NCBI GenBank assembly: GCA_964410585.1
Contig: CAYPFW010000002.1
Span: forward strand, 78,207-142,206
Direction: 5' to 3'
DNA length: 64,000 bases
From: an uncultured archaeon
GTDB taxonomy: Archaea > Aenigmatarchaeota > Aenigmatarchaeia > QMZP01 > JACQNV01
Part shown: positions 17,986-26,849 of the stretch, in pieces
How positions within the stretch are numbered: the stretch's first letter is position 1
Layout: each line of letters begins with the position of its first letter
Program-made: the position numbers and the translations under genes
Notes under the pieces: model-generated
Seen by the model: only the letters and a program-made list of their open reading frames with translations
Databases searched by the model: none
Told to the model about the DNA's origin: nothing

Positions 17986-20900
17986 ATGAGGGGCAAGTTT
18001 CTTTTACCTATATTTCTACTATTCCTAATCCCGGTAGTCCAATCCCAAACATGTGGAAACAATTTGTGCGAATATAATATTTACGAATTTACAAACGGTG
18101 CTCTCAAAACAATCCCAATTTCACCAACGCAGGCAGCAACAGTATCAATGGCCTATAATTCAACAGACAGCATCATACTTAATGTAAATGGTTTTCCTAT
18201 AACTCTTTCAAGGGGCTCGGTTTCATCTGTGCCTAATTCATCTGGCTTGCAGACAATTAACATAAGAGTAGAAGACATAGATGACACAGCCAAAACAGCT
18301 AAATTAGCCTTCGGGGAAAATTCCATATCTTGTAGGTCTGATTGCTTTCTAACGCATAGACTAAGGGTTTCTCAAACCCAACTTCCATCGTACAATTCAA
18401 AAATAGATTGTAGTTCAAATACATGCTTTCTTACATGGCAAGATGGAACAATGATTTATGGGAGTGTTTATGGTAATACACCTAGTCAGCCACAGCAATA
18501 TTTACTCTCAACAAACGTACCAGGTATTAATCTTGAATCAAAAGTAAAAGAGGGTGGAAGTAAGGCACTTATAGTTTGGAGAAATTCCTTTTTTCACCCA
18601 AATCTTCGAAGACCATTCAATGATATTTATGGGGTTCTATTTGACGCCAATGGTCCAATTCAATCAGCACCCATAGCAATCTCTAATAGTACATCGTCAC
18701 CGTTTTTTAAAAGCTTAGGCAGTTTGGCTTTTGACTCAATTTCTAATTACTGGTTAGTTGCTTGGACAGATGCAAGACCCTTAGAGTGGCAATTTTCCAA
18801 TGGAACCAAATCAATAAGATATGATCAGCAGATAATGGGTGCTTTTGTAAACACACAAGGTTCAGTTGGATCAGATGGAAATATTGGAAATCAGGAAACT
18901 GTTCACTCTTTCAATCCAAATTTATTTTTTGATAGGGCATCTGGTCAATACATTCTCTCCTGGTATTCTCCAGGTCAACAAGGCAACGACATAAAAGTTA
19001 CAATATTAAACAAGAATGGAATTGCCCTATTGCAAAATTTTGTTTATCAACAGCAAGCAGACCAAGCAAACCCAGTGGTTAAGAAGGGTAATCCCCATCC
19101 CTTGCTTGTATTCGATGATTTAGTTTCTGCAATCCCTAGTGTGTTTGGACAATTCCTTGGCATAAGATACAATCCAACTGGTCCTCTAGTTCCTGTAAAC
19201 ATTTCATTTTCTAAAGACCAAATAATCAGTGAGCCTGGGTTTGGTCCTGATCTATTTTTCAATTCAAAATCAAATGAATTTGTTCAAGCCTGGTCGCTGA
19301 GCGATAGAATTATACTAAAAAGAATGGATCTAACAGGTGCAGAACTTTCAAGGACAACAATAGAAGGCTATTCCAGACCCTCAATAGGCTATTTAGAATC
19401 AGCAGACAAATATGTGATAGCTGTTGATAGAATAGATAGGCTACCATCTCAAATATATTTGATATTCCTTGACAAAAATTTGAAAGAAGTTTCTATATCA
19501 TCACAGCCAACACCAGCAGTGGGCAGATATACTGCACCAAAAGATGCAGCAACAAAAACATTTTCTGCAACTGATATAGCTGCGAATAGACCTGTAGTAG
19601 ATGGCGAAAATTTAACAACAAACACTGTTTTAGTTTTCAAAAATCCTTCAAATCAACCAAAGCTAAAAGTTGGAATAAAGCCTGCTCAAGGTCCGGTTAA
19701 TTTGTCAAATGTTGTTATAGAATCAAGTGATACAGCAACAGTTGTAAGAGGTTTGTCTGGTTTAGCAAATGTGGAAACAACACACAGTTTGTTTTTACAA
19801 AACGCAAATAATGGTCTAGGCTTGTTTGTATGTCCAACTGCAACAACACTTCCAGAAGTTGTGCAGACTTGCGCAAACAAAGTTGAGTTCACTTCAATAC
19901 CTTCTGTAAATGGTACACTCTCAGTCAATTTCACAGATTCGACAAACTCTACATACCTTGTAGATGGTTTGCAAGGCACAGGAATAGGTTTGATCCAATC
20001 AACACAAAACATAACTTCCCTGAATGTATCAATAGATGGCAGCAAAGTGGTTGGAGAACCTCTTAATTTTAGAGCAAACTATACCAAAAATTCTGTGCCA
20101 ATATCAAATGCTTCTTGTACAATCCTATTTTCAACAGCACCAAATGGCCCTTTCAACATGACAGCCTCTAATAGCACATATGTTTTCAACAGGACTTTTG
20201 CTGATGCAGGAACATACCAAGCAACAGTAGAGTGCTCAAAAGCAAATGAAACAACAAAAAACCAAATTGAATCTTTCACAATTCTAGCCGGTGTTGCAAA
20301 AGCCCCTGTGGTTTTGTTGCAATCCCCTCAAAACAACTTTAATTCACCTAATAATTCAATCACATTCACATGCTTTGCATCTGATACAGAAAACATAAAA
20401 GCAATAGATTTGTTTGCGAACACAGACGGTGCATGGGGATTCAAAAACACACAAACAACACAACCTGTGAAAAACTTCACAGCAACCTTTACCTTAGACA
20501 ATGTACCAAATGGCCAATATCAATGGAATTGTAGGGCAGCAAATGATAAAAATGCTCTGGGTTTTGCCCCAGCAAACTTTACATTTTCAGTCAATGCTCC
20601 AACAATCCCAGATTGTAAAACAACAGACTGGGTATGCAATTCAGAATGGTTCCCAGCAGACGCATCTTGTGAGCCAGGCACAACTCAAACAAGGGCTTGT
20701 CCGCCACCAACAAACTGCAAAAACTCAGATGCAGTAAAACCAACTGACATCGACACAAAAATTTGCTCGAATGTTGCGTGTATAGCCACAGATTATCAAT
20801 GTTTAGCTTGGTCGGAATGTTCTGACAAAGGTCAACAAACAAGATCATGTAGTTTAAAGTCTGGTTTGACATGTTTTGGAAGTCCATCTAAAACAGAAAG

Positions 20901-21129
20901 CCAAACATGCACACCTCCAGGCAATCCTTTCTTGTTGATAGGAATAGTGATAATAATTGTTTTAGGAGTTGTTGGTGCATTCTTCTACTTCCATAGAAAA
21001 GCAAAAACAGCCGATGAAGAAGAAACACTATACCAAGAAGAAAACACAGACGAAAGCGGCGAGCCTTCCTATGACCAAGGCGAATATCCACCAGAAGAAG
21101 GTGGAGACGCTGGAGAAGAAGAGAAATAG
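17986..21129 (+). CDS. Large (1047 aa) surface protein: Thr/Ser/Asn-rich ectodomain, the same Cys-rich stalk module, TM anchor, acidic cytoplasmic tail
   Basis: Signal peptide; ectodomain with many N-x-S/T sequons; C-terminal modules CKTTDWVC...QTRAC and CIATDYQC...QQTRSC; TM LLIGIVIIIVLGVVGAFFYF; D/E-rich tail. Confidence 0.5.
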   Translation: MRGKFLLPIFLLFLIPVVQSQTCGNNLCEYNIYEFTNGALKTIPISPTQAATVSMAYNSTDSIILNVNGFPITLSRGSVSSVPNSSGLQTINIRVEDIDDTAKTAKLAFGENSISCRSDCFLTHRLRVSQTQLPSYNSKIDCSSNTCFLTWQDGTMIYGSVYGNTPSQPQQYLLSTNVPGINLESKVKEGGSKALIVWRNSFFHPNLRRPFNDIYGVLFDANGPIQSAPIAISNSTSSPFFKSLGSLAFDSISNYWLVAWTDARPLEWQFSNGTKSIRYDQQIMGAFVNTQGSVGSDGNIGNQETVHSFNPNLFFDRASGQYILSWYSPGQQGNDIKVTILNKNGIALLQNFVYQQQADQANPVVKKGNPHPLLVFDDLVSAIPSVFGQFLGIRYNPTGPLVPVNISFSKDQIISEPGFGPDLFFNSKSNEFVQAWSLSDRIILKRMDLTGAELSRTTIEGYSRPSIGYLESADKYVIAVDRIDRLPSQIYLIFLDKNLKEVSISSQPTPAVGRYTAPKDAATKTFSATDIAANRPVVDGENLTTNTVLVFKNPSNQPKLKVGIKPAQGPVNLSNVVIESSDTATVVRGLSGLANVETTHSLFLQNANNGLGLFVCPTATTLPEVVQTCANKVEFTSIPSVNGTLSVNFTDSTNSTYLVDGLQGTGIGLIQSTQNITSLNVSIDGSKVVGEPLNFRANYTKNSVPISNASCTILFSTAPNGPFNMTASNSTYVFNRTFADAGTYQATVECSKANETTKNQIESFTILAGVAKAPVVLLQSPQNNFNSPNNSITFTCFASDTENIKAIDLFANTDGAWGFKNTQTTQPVKNFTATFTLDNVPNGQYQWNCRAANDKNALGFAPANFTFSVNAPTIPDCKTTDWVCNSEWFPADASCEPGTTQTRACPPPTNCKNSDAVKPTDIDTKICSNVACIATDYQCLAWSECSDKGQQTRSCSLKSGLTCFGSPSKTESQTCTPPGNPFLLIGIVIIIVLGVVGAFFYFHRKAKTADEEETLYQEENTDESGEPSYDQGEYPPEEGGDAGEEEK

Positions 21130-21148
21130 ATTTCTATCAATTGGGTTT

Positions 21149-21748
21149 TTATTTCTTGAAAAGTTTTTGAATAGATCTGTACATGTCAAGTCTAATTTTA
21201 TAGAAATCAGCAACACTATTATCTATCTTAAAATCTCTGAGCATATCTGCATGTCCGCCTTCATGACTATCTAAAAAAATGTGCCTCTCAAGATAGTATT
21301 TGAACTCGGGAAGACCCTTTGCTTTCCAGATTTTTGCAGTAAGGATTTTAGTGAATATTCCAGGTAATTCATTTTCACGAGAGACAATAGACATAACCCT
21401 GGTTTTGTTAGGCAGAGATGTGACCTTTTTGATGTAATCTTCGCCTGCTTTTTTAATATCTGGAAATTTTTCCATTAGTCCATATTTATCAATAAAATGC
21501 CACAGAAATTGAGAGTGATCCCCTGGTTTACTATGTCCTCCAAAAGATAAGTTATTTGTATTCAATTCTTCATCAGCCATTTTTCTAAGCGAGGAGTTCT
21601 TTGGGTTTAGTTTTACTGTTAGTCTTAAAGAATCTGCAAATTCTAGTGCTGAAAATGCAGAAAGAATCATTAGTTTTTGTAAATCTTCCTCTTCCAAAGA
21701 TTCCCAATTTAAGCTGAGGATTTCTCTAACTATTGATTTATAATCCAT
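21149..21748 (-). CDS. Hypothetical protein, possibly a heme-oxygenase-like/DUF3050-type metal-binding fold
   Basis: Motif HIFLDSHEGGHADML; no further assignment possible. Confidence 0.3.
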   Translation of the reverse strand: MDYKSIVREILSLNWESLEEEDLQKLMILSAFSALEFADSLRLTVKLNPKNSSLRKMADEELNTNNLSFGGHSKPGDHSQFLWHFIDKYGLMEKFPDIKKAGEDYIKKVTSLPNKTRVMSIVSRENELPGIFTKILTAKIWKAKGLPEFKYYLERHIFLDSHEGGHADMLRDFKIDNSVADFYKIRLDMYRSIQKLFKK

Positions 21749-21854
21749 ATGAGAAATAATTACATGTGCCCCTTTTTGAATCTTTTTTAGTTTGGTTGAG
21801 AATAAAAATTAACTAAAACTACAAAATTAAAAAAAATAAAAGAAAAAGAGAATC

Positions 21855-22145
21855 TTATCCAAATAGACTTGCTAATCCTTCAACAGATTCTTCTTTTGGC
21901 TTTTCTTCTTTCTTTTCTTCAGCTTTTGCTGGACCAGCTGCGTGTCCTGATGCTGCAGGTGCTGCTGCTACAACAGCTTGTTTAACTGCTTCTTCTATGT
22001 TTACACCGTTTAATGAAGCAACCAATGCTTTAACCTGTGCAGGGTCTGCTTTTTCTCCAGTAGCTTCAACTACCTTTGAAACATTGTGTTCATTTAGTTC
22101 TTTTCCAGCCGAGTGAAGTAAAAGCACTCCATATACATAGTTCAT
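21855..22145 (-). CDS. rpl12: Ribosomal stalk protein aP1 (L12e)
   Basis: [19 protein letters not shown]...; Ala-rich hinge; acidic C-terminus [12 protein letters not shown]. Confidence 0.9.
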   Translation of the reverse strand: MNYVYGVLLLHSAGKELNEHNVSKVVEATGEKADPAQVKALVASLNGVNIEEAVKQAVVAAAPAASGHAAGPAKAEEKKEEKPKEESVEGLASLFG

Positions 22146-22211
22146 ATGTGTCCTCCAAATTTATTGGTTTAATTGGTTCAAACATTTATAAATATTAATA
22201 GGCTTCCAACA

Positions 22212-23045
22212 TTATTTGTTCAGAGCTTTTTCGAGCGCTGTAGCCTCAGCCTGCGCTTTTGCTAATATTGGTCCTACAGTTTCCTTTGTCAAATATCCAA
22301 CTTTAACTGCAAGCGCCTGCGCCTCTGAATATCCTTTTGATAAGAATATTTTAATGTTGTCTTCTGTGTAATAGTTTATTTTCACAGATAAGTTCAAACC
22401 TTCTGTGTATGCAAGTTTCAAATCATCCAAATACTTTTCAGCAGGAACAAAGAGTATGTCTTTGTTGTATATCAATCCTTGATCCCATGCAGCAACAAGA
22501 TCCAAACCAATCTCCATTGGCTGTATCCCAAGCTTTGTCATAACTCCAGCAACTTCTGCTGAGAGCACATCGCCTTTTTTCGCAACAACAGAATCTTTTT
22601 TAACAACAATCTTTCCGTTTTCAACAGCTGCAGTTATCTTTGCTCTTTGAAGCTCTCCAATAGCTGGTCCTGCAGGAAGTGAAGTTGGTCCAGCTGGCAC
22701 AACAATATCCTCAGGTGCTACATCGCCTGCATTTGCAAATGCCTTTGACTTTGATTTTTGCATCACAGCTGCAAGCTCAAATGGGTTTGAATTGCTCAAA
22801 AGCAAAGCAGGTTGTCCTGTCATTAAAGGTATCAATCCTTTCAAATCCTTTTTAGATTTTTCCAATGCAATTTTTATCAATCTTCTTTTAACAACTCTAA
22901 CCTTTGCTTTTCCTTTTAGTTTTTGTTTGATATTCATCAAATCCCTTGCAGGAAGCTTGTAGAGGTTAAGTATACCTACAACTGAGTGTTTCTCAATCTC
23001 TTTTCCAACATCTTCAACTGTTTTTACTTTCAATTCATTGACCAT
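22212..23045 (-). CDS. rpl10: Ribosomal stalk protein aP0 (L10)
   Basis: Gene order L1-P0-P1. 277-aa product with the typical L10/P0 N-terminal region. Confidence 0.85.
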   Translation of the reverse strand: MVNELKVKTVEDVGKEIEKHSVVGILNLYKLPARDLMNIKQKLKGKAKVRVVKRRLIKIALEKSKKDLKGLIPLMTGQPALLLSNSNPFELAAVMQKSKSKAFANAGDVAPEDIVVPAGPTSLPAGPAIGELQRAKITAAVENGKIVVKKDSVVAKKGDVLSAEVAGVMTKLGIQPMEIGLDLVAAWDQGLIYNKDILFVPAEKYLDDLKLAYTEGLNLSVKINYYTEDNIKIFLSKGYSEAQALAVKVGYLTKETVGPILAKAQAEATALEKALNK

Positions 23046-23046
23046 A

Positions 23047-23685
23047 CTACTTCAACTGTGACAAGTCCAGTTTAATCGGTTTTCCCATTGTCAGTTTTAG
23101 ATAAGCATTTTTGATATTTGCTATTCCTTTTGGCATTTTGTCTTTTACAAAATGAAGCACAGCATCTGCGTTTTTTGCTATGTCCTCGTCTTTCATTTCT
23201 TCTGTACCAACCCTAACCTGTATTGTAGGTGTCTCTTTTATTCTGATTTTAATTGTTTTTTTAGCTGCCATGAAAAATGGCTTTAATTCTCCAGCAGGTG
23301 GAACTGGTTTTGGAACCTTATCCCTTGGACCAAGAACAGTACCTAAAGTCTTACCGATAGTAGGCATCAGAGGAGCTTCTCCAAAAAAGAAATCAACTTG
23401 GCTCGCATACTGTTTCAATTTTTTCTTGTCGGATGCAAGGCTACCTAACTCTGCTTTTGTTATAATCAAATCAGCTTTCTCTGCTTTTGCCTTTGCCTCT
23501 AAAACATCAACAAATATACCTATTTTTGGTTCTTTTCCCCTTCCTGCAGGGAGAACAAATTCAGAGCTTATTCTATTTTCTGGTTTCTTCAAATCCAAAG
23601 CTCTCAAATTAATAATTAGATCAAAAGTCTGATTGAACTTCCTTTTCTTAGAATTCTCTCTTGCTTGTTTTATTTGTTCCATCAT
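23047..23685 (-). CDS. rpl1: 50S ribosomal protein L1
   Basis: MEQIKQARENSKKRKFNQTFDLIINL... is typical of L1. The ORF extends to 23706; start chosen at the MME Met. Confidence 0.85.
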   Translation of the reverse strand: MMEQIKQARENSKKRKFNQTFDLIINLRALDLKKPENRISSEFVLPAGRGKEPKIGIFVDVLEAKAKAEKADLIITKAELGSLASDKKKLKQYASQVDFFFGEAPLMPTIGKTLGTVLGPRDKVPKPVPPAGELKPFFMAAKKTIKIRIKETPTIQVRVGTEEMKDEDIAKNADAVLHFVKDKMPKGIANIKNAYLKLTMGKPIKLDLSQLK

Positions 23686-23790
23686 ATAACGTCGCCTCAA
23701 TAGCAACTCCTGCTACTCAGGTAAACCTGTCTCGCAGTAAATCTATAGATTATAGAACCAACGCTTATAAAGCTATGCTGCTTCAAAAAA

Positions 23791-24654
23791 CTATTTTATT
23801 ATGAGTTCAAGTGCTTCGTTTATATTACTTACTTCTACAACATCCAAACCACTTATAGAAGTAGTTTCGCCATCAGGAACATAAAATGTGCTCACACCAT
23901 ATCTTTTAGCTGCTTCTGCTTTTGCAGAAACACCACCAACTTTTCCAATATTTCCACTACCTTCAATAGTTCCGGTCATCATAGAATCTGTGTCCATGTT
24001 TTTGTTTTCAAGAGCAGCATACATTGTGACTGTGACAGCTGCACCAGCAGATGGCCCATCTAAAACAACAAGATCTTTGTCTTCGTTTACAAAGCTGACA
24101 GTTATGTCTTTTTTAGACAAATCAATTCCAGTCAGCTGAGAGGCAACCTCAGAAGCTGTTCTAATAGAAGCTGTTGCGCCGCTCTGCAAATCAACTCCTT
24201 TGATATTCACTGAAAGAATTCCAGTTCCTTTGGAGATCTTAACATTCATTGGAATAACAACACCTGTGCTGTCACTTTTTACACCAACTGCAAAATAGTT
24301 TTTAATTGTTGGGGTAAGGGCCTCTATCTCATTCTTTGCGACCTCTAAATTAAGCTCCGTTTGTCCAAGTTGCCTGCTTAGGTTTGAAATTTGACTTGCC
24401 TTTTTAGCTACATCTGTTTGTAAATCAACAATATTGTTTTCTAGTCCATCAATTTTAACATTCAAGTTGTTTATTGTTGAATTTTGTTCGAATACAATTC
24501 CTCTTAATCCCAAAATTGTTTGAGTTTGGTTATTGATGACATTTGTCTTCTGTACACTGTCTAAATAAAATACAGAAGTAGATAAGCCTAAAGCAATAAT
24601 TACAACAACAAAAATCACACGAACATTATCTATTGGTTGTTTGTTTTTCGCCAT
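23791..24654 (-). CDS. Membrane-anchored S16 (Lon C-terminal proteolytic domain) peptidase
   Basis: N-terminal TM; coiled-coil linker; catalytic motifs GPSAG (Ser) and KVGGVSAKAEAAKRYG (Lys) of the Lon protease domain. It is inserted between rpl11 and rpl1. Confidence 0.65.
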   Translation of the reverse strand: MAKNKQPIDNVRVIFVVVIIALGLSTSVFYLDSVQKTNVINNQTQTILGLRGIVFEQNSTINNLNVKIDGLENNIVDLQTDVAKKASQISNLSRQLGQTELNLEVAKNEIEALTPTIKNYFAVGVKSDSTGVVIPMNVKISKGTGILSVNIKGVDLQSGATASIRTASEVASQLTGIDLSKKDITVSFVNEDKDLVVLDGPSAGAAVTVTMYAALENKNMDTDSMMTGTIEGSGNIGKVGGVSAKAEAAKRYGVSTFYVPDGETTSISGLDVVEVSNINEALELIIK

Positions 24655-24780
24655 GATATCTAATTGATATAAACCATTTATATTTTTTAGCCTTTAGATG
24701 GGCTAGCTTTTATGAAAAAGTAAATACTGAGATAAAAAAATCAATTTGCATTTACCTATTATCCAAACCTTAAGAGACTA

Positions 24781-25344
24781 TCACTTACCTTTCTTTACTT
24801 TCCTTTTCTTTTCCTCTTTTTTAGCTTCAGGAGGAGGCGTTTTTGCAGCTGGTGCTGCAGGTGTCGCAGCTGCTGTTGTAGCAGCAGGTGTTGCAGCTAC
24901 AGCATCTTTCTTTTTCTCGCCTGGTTTGACTATTGGCACATTTTCTTCGCCAACATAAACAGCCATGCTTCTAGCTGTTCCAACAATTTGATTATAAAAA
25001 GAATCTTCATCTGATCCAAATTTAGCCTTTGCTATCTTCCTTGCTTGTTCTGGTTTTAATTTTCCAATCCATCCTTTCCCAGCTTCGCCAGATCCTTTCG
25101 GGACACCAGCTTCTTTTGCAATCAAAGCAGATGCAGGAGGTGTTCCAACATCTATATTGAATGTCTTATCAGAATTAACAGTAACTTTGACAGGGACTTG
25201 CATGCCTTTTAGCTCTGCTGTTTTCTTGTTTATCTCTTCGACAACCTTTCCTATAGGCACACCCAAAGGGCCCAATGCGGGGCCAAGCGGCGGTGCTGCC
25301 GTTGCTTTTCCACCTTCTACAATAACTGAAACAGATTGTCCCAT
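24781..25344 (-). CDS. rpl11: 50S ribosomal protein L11 with an unusual Ala/Thr/Pro/Lys-rich C-terminal extension of about 40 aa
   Basis: Core VKVTVNSDKTFNIDVGTPPASALIAKEAG is typical of L11. Tail AATPAATTAAATPAAPAAKTPPPEAKKEEKKRKVKKGK. Confidence 0.85.
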   Translation of the reverse strand: MGQSVSVIVEGGKATAAPPLGPALGPLGVPIGKVVEEINKKTAELKGMQVPVKVTVNSDKTFNIDVGTPPASALIAKEAGVPKGSGEAGKGWIGKLKPEQARKIAKAKFGSDEDSFYNQIVGTARSMAVYVGEENVPIVKPGEKKKDAVAATPAATTAAATPAAPAAKTPPPEAKKEEKKRKVKKGK

Positions 25345-25458
25345 AATCTAAATAGCCTTTAATCACTATTGTATACCTTTACTATTTATAAGTTTGTTTT
25401 AGAGCAATTCTTTTAGAAATAGAATAAAACTAAAAATAGGAAGAAAAATAAACTTCCT

Positions 25459-25857
25459 TTAAGCTTGTTTTTCAGGTTGTTTGTCTCCAAGTCTTTCTCT
25501 TGTATATCTGCCTAGGTTTGTTACAGCTCTAGTTATTTTTGGATCTTTTAAGCTTGCAGCTATAAGTCTTAGGAGCTCATCTTGTCTATAAGCAACATCT
25601 CTTAGAGCAGCAGTTTCTGCAGATAGGTCTTTATCAGCACTACCTAAATCTCTTATTTGATCATCATAAGCACCTTGATTAACTTTTCCTCTCAAAGCAG
25701 CGTCTGTTCTGCTTTCAAGTTCTCTGAAAGCACCATCTGCTTGACCTGCTAAAGACTCTAGTGCAGGATAAACACCTTTACCCTTATCTAATTTTACATA
25801 TGTCCTTGGCTGTGTGCCTTGAGGAACTTCAGATTGTTTTCTTGCCATAAACATCAC
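25459..25857 (-). CDS. Hypothetical protein (Arg/Ala/Asp/Leu-rich), first in transcription order... last of a compositionally atypical three-gene operon
   Basis: Composition differs from the K/N/I-rich proteome around it; predicted helical; no motif recognised. Confidence 0.4.
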   Translation of the reverse strand: MMFMARKQSEVPQGTQPRTYVKLDKGKGVYPALESLAGQADGAFRELESRTDAALRGKVNQGAYDDQIRDLGSADKDLSAETAALRDVAYRQDELLRLIAASLKDPKITRAVTNLGRYTRERLGDKQPEKQA

Positions 25858-25931
25858 CTTAAACTACTCTTTAATATACCACTAAGATATATAAGCTTAT
25901 TTGTTACTATCCTATAGTTTTAAAAACCTTT

Positions 25932-26849
25932 CTACTTAATGTACCTTCTTCTTGCTTCCTTTACTTTTTGTTGAAGAGCCTCATCACCTAGAGATCTGGC
26001 AAACGATTCGAATAGATCAAGCATATCTCCCCTGAAATCTGAAGCTTCCACAACTGGCTGAGATGGAGTTGCTGGCTCCTGCTTTGCAGCTTCCAATTTT
26101 TCAAGTGCTTCTGCAACTTCTCCAGCCTTTCTTTCAGCTTTTTCCAAACCTTCATTTACTGTTCTCAATCTTAATTCATATCCTTCAATGGCGCCTCTGA
26201 CTCCTGGTTGTGTCTCTGTTCCCTGAAGCTCTAAATCAATTTCTGCAATAGAAGCTCGTGCGTCTTGGAGTTCTTTTCTTAGTCCAGAATTTCCATCTTC
26301 GCCATACAATTCTAATCTCAATCTCTTGACTTCTTCTGGAACTCCAGTATACCTTCTTAATTCTTCTAAATATCCCCGGACTCTTACAAGCAATCCTGGA
26401 TTTTGCTCGTCTCCGCGAATTATTTTTAGCAGTTCAGTTGCATCTGCATTTAGGCTTTGTAAAGTTTGTGTTTCTGGTTCTACTGCTCCTAAATCAACCA
26501 AAGGCGCCTCTTTATTTCCCTCTGCTGTCTGTTCTAATTTTTCCAGCCTTTTTTTCAAATCTTCCAAAGCTTCTGGCAAACTTTCATATCCAGCTGAAAA
26601 ATCTGCTGGTTTCAATTCTTCTATTTTTGCATCTTCAGGTATTCCAAGAAGCCTGCGAAAAAAACCAATTGGAGCAAGATAGTCTTTAACAGCATTTGTT
26701 GCATATTCTCTAACTTTACCAGGGAAAATTTGCATCACATCTTTTAAGTATTGGAAAGAAACAAAGTTTGCATTTACGAAATCCTTCACTTGACTTCCAG
26801 TGACATATTTTGGTTTAGGTTGTTCTTCTGTCATTTTACCCACCTTCAA
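25932..26849 (-). CDS. Hypothetical coiled-coil protein (Glu/Leu/Arg/Ala-rich), middle gene of the atypical operon
   Basis: 305 aa, long heptad-like E/L/R/K stretches. 14-nt overlap with the upstream gene suggests translational coupling. Confidence 0.4.
   Translation of the reverse strand: MKVGKMTEEQPKPKYVTGSQVKDFVNANFVSFQYLKDVMQIFPGKVREYATNAVKDYLAPIGFFRRLLGIPEDAKIEELKPADFSAGYESLPEALEDLKKRLEKLEQTAEGNKEAPLVDLGAVEPETQTLQSLNADATELLKIIRGDEQNPGLLVRVRGYLEELRRYTGVPEEVKRLRLELYGEDGNSGLRKELQDARASIAEIDLELQGTETQPGVRGAIEGYELRLRTVNEGLEKAERKAGEVAEALEKLEAAKQEPATPSQPVVEASDFRGDMLDLFESFARSLGDEALQQKVKEARRRYIK

Noticed and set aside
24746-25366. ORFs antisense to or overlapping rpl11 (24746-24958 +, 25157-25351 +, 25175-25366 -)
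   Set aside because: They are shadow ORFs of the Ala/Pro-rich L11 tail; there is no independent support.
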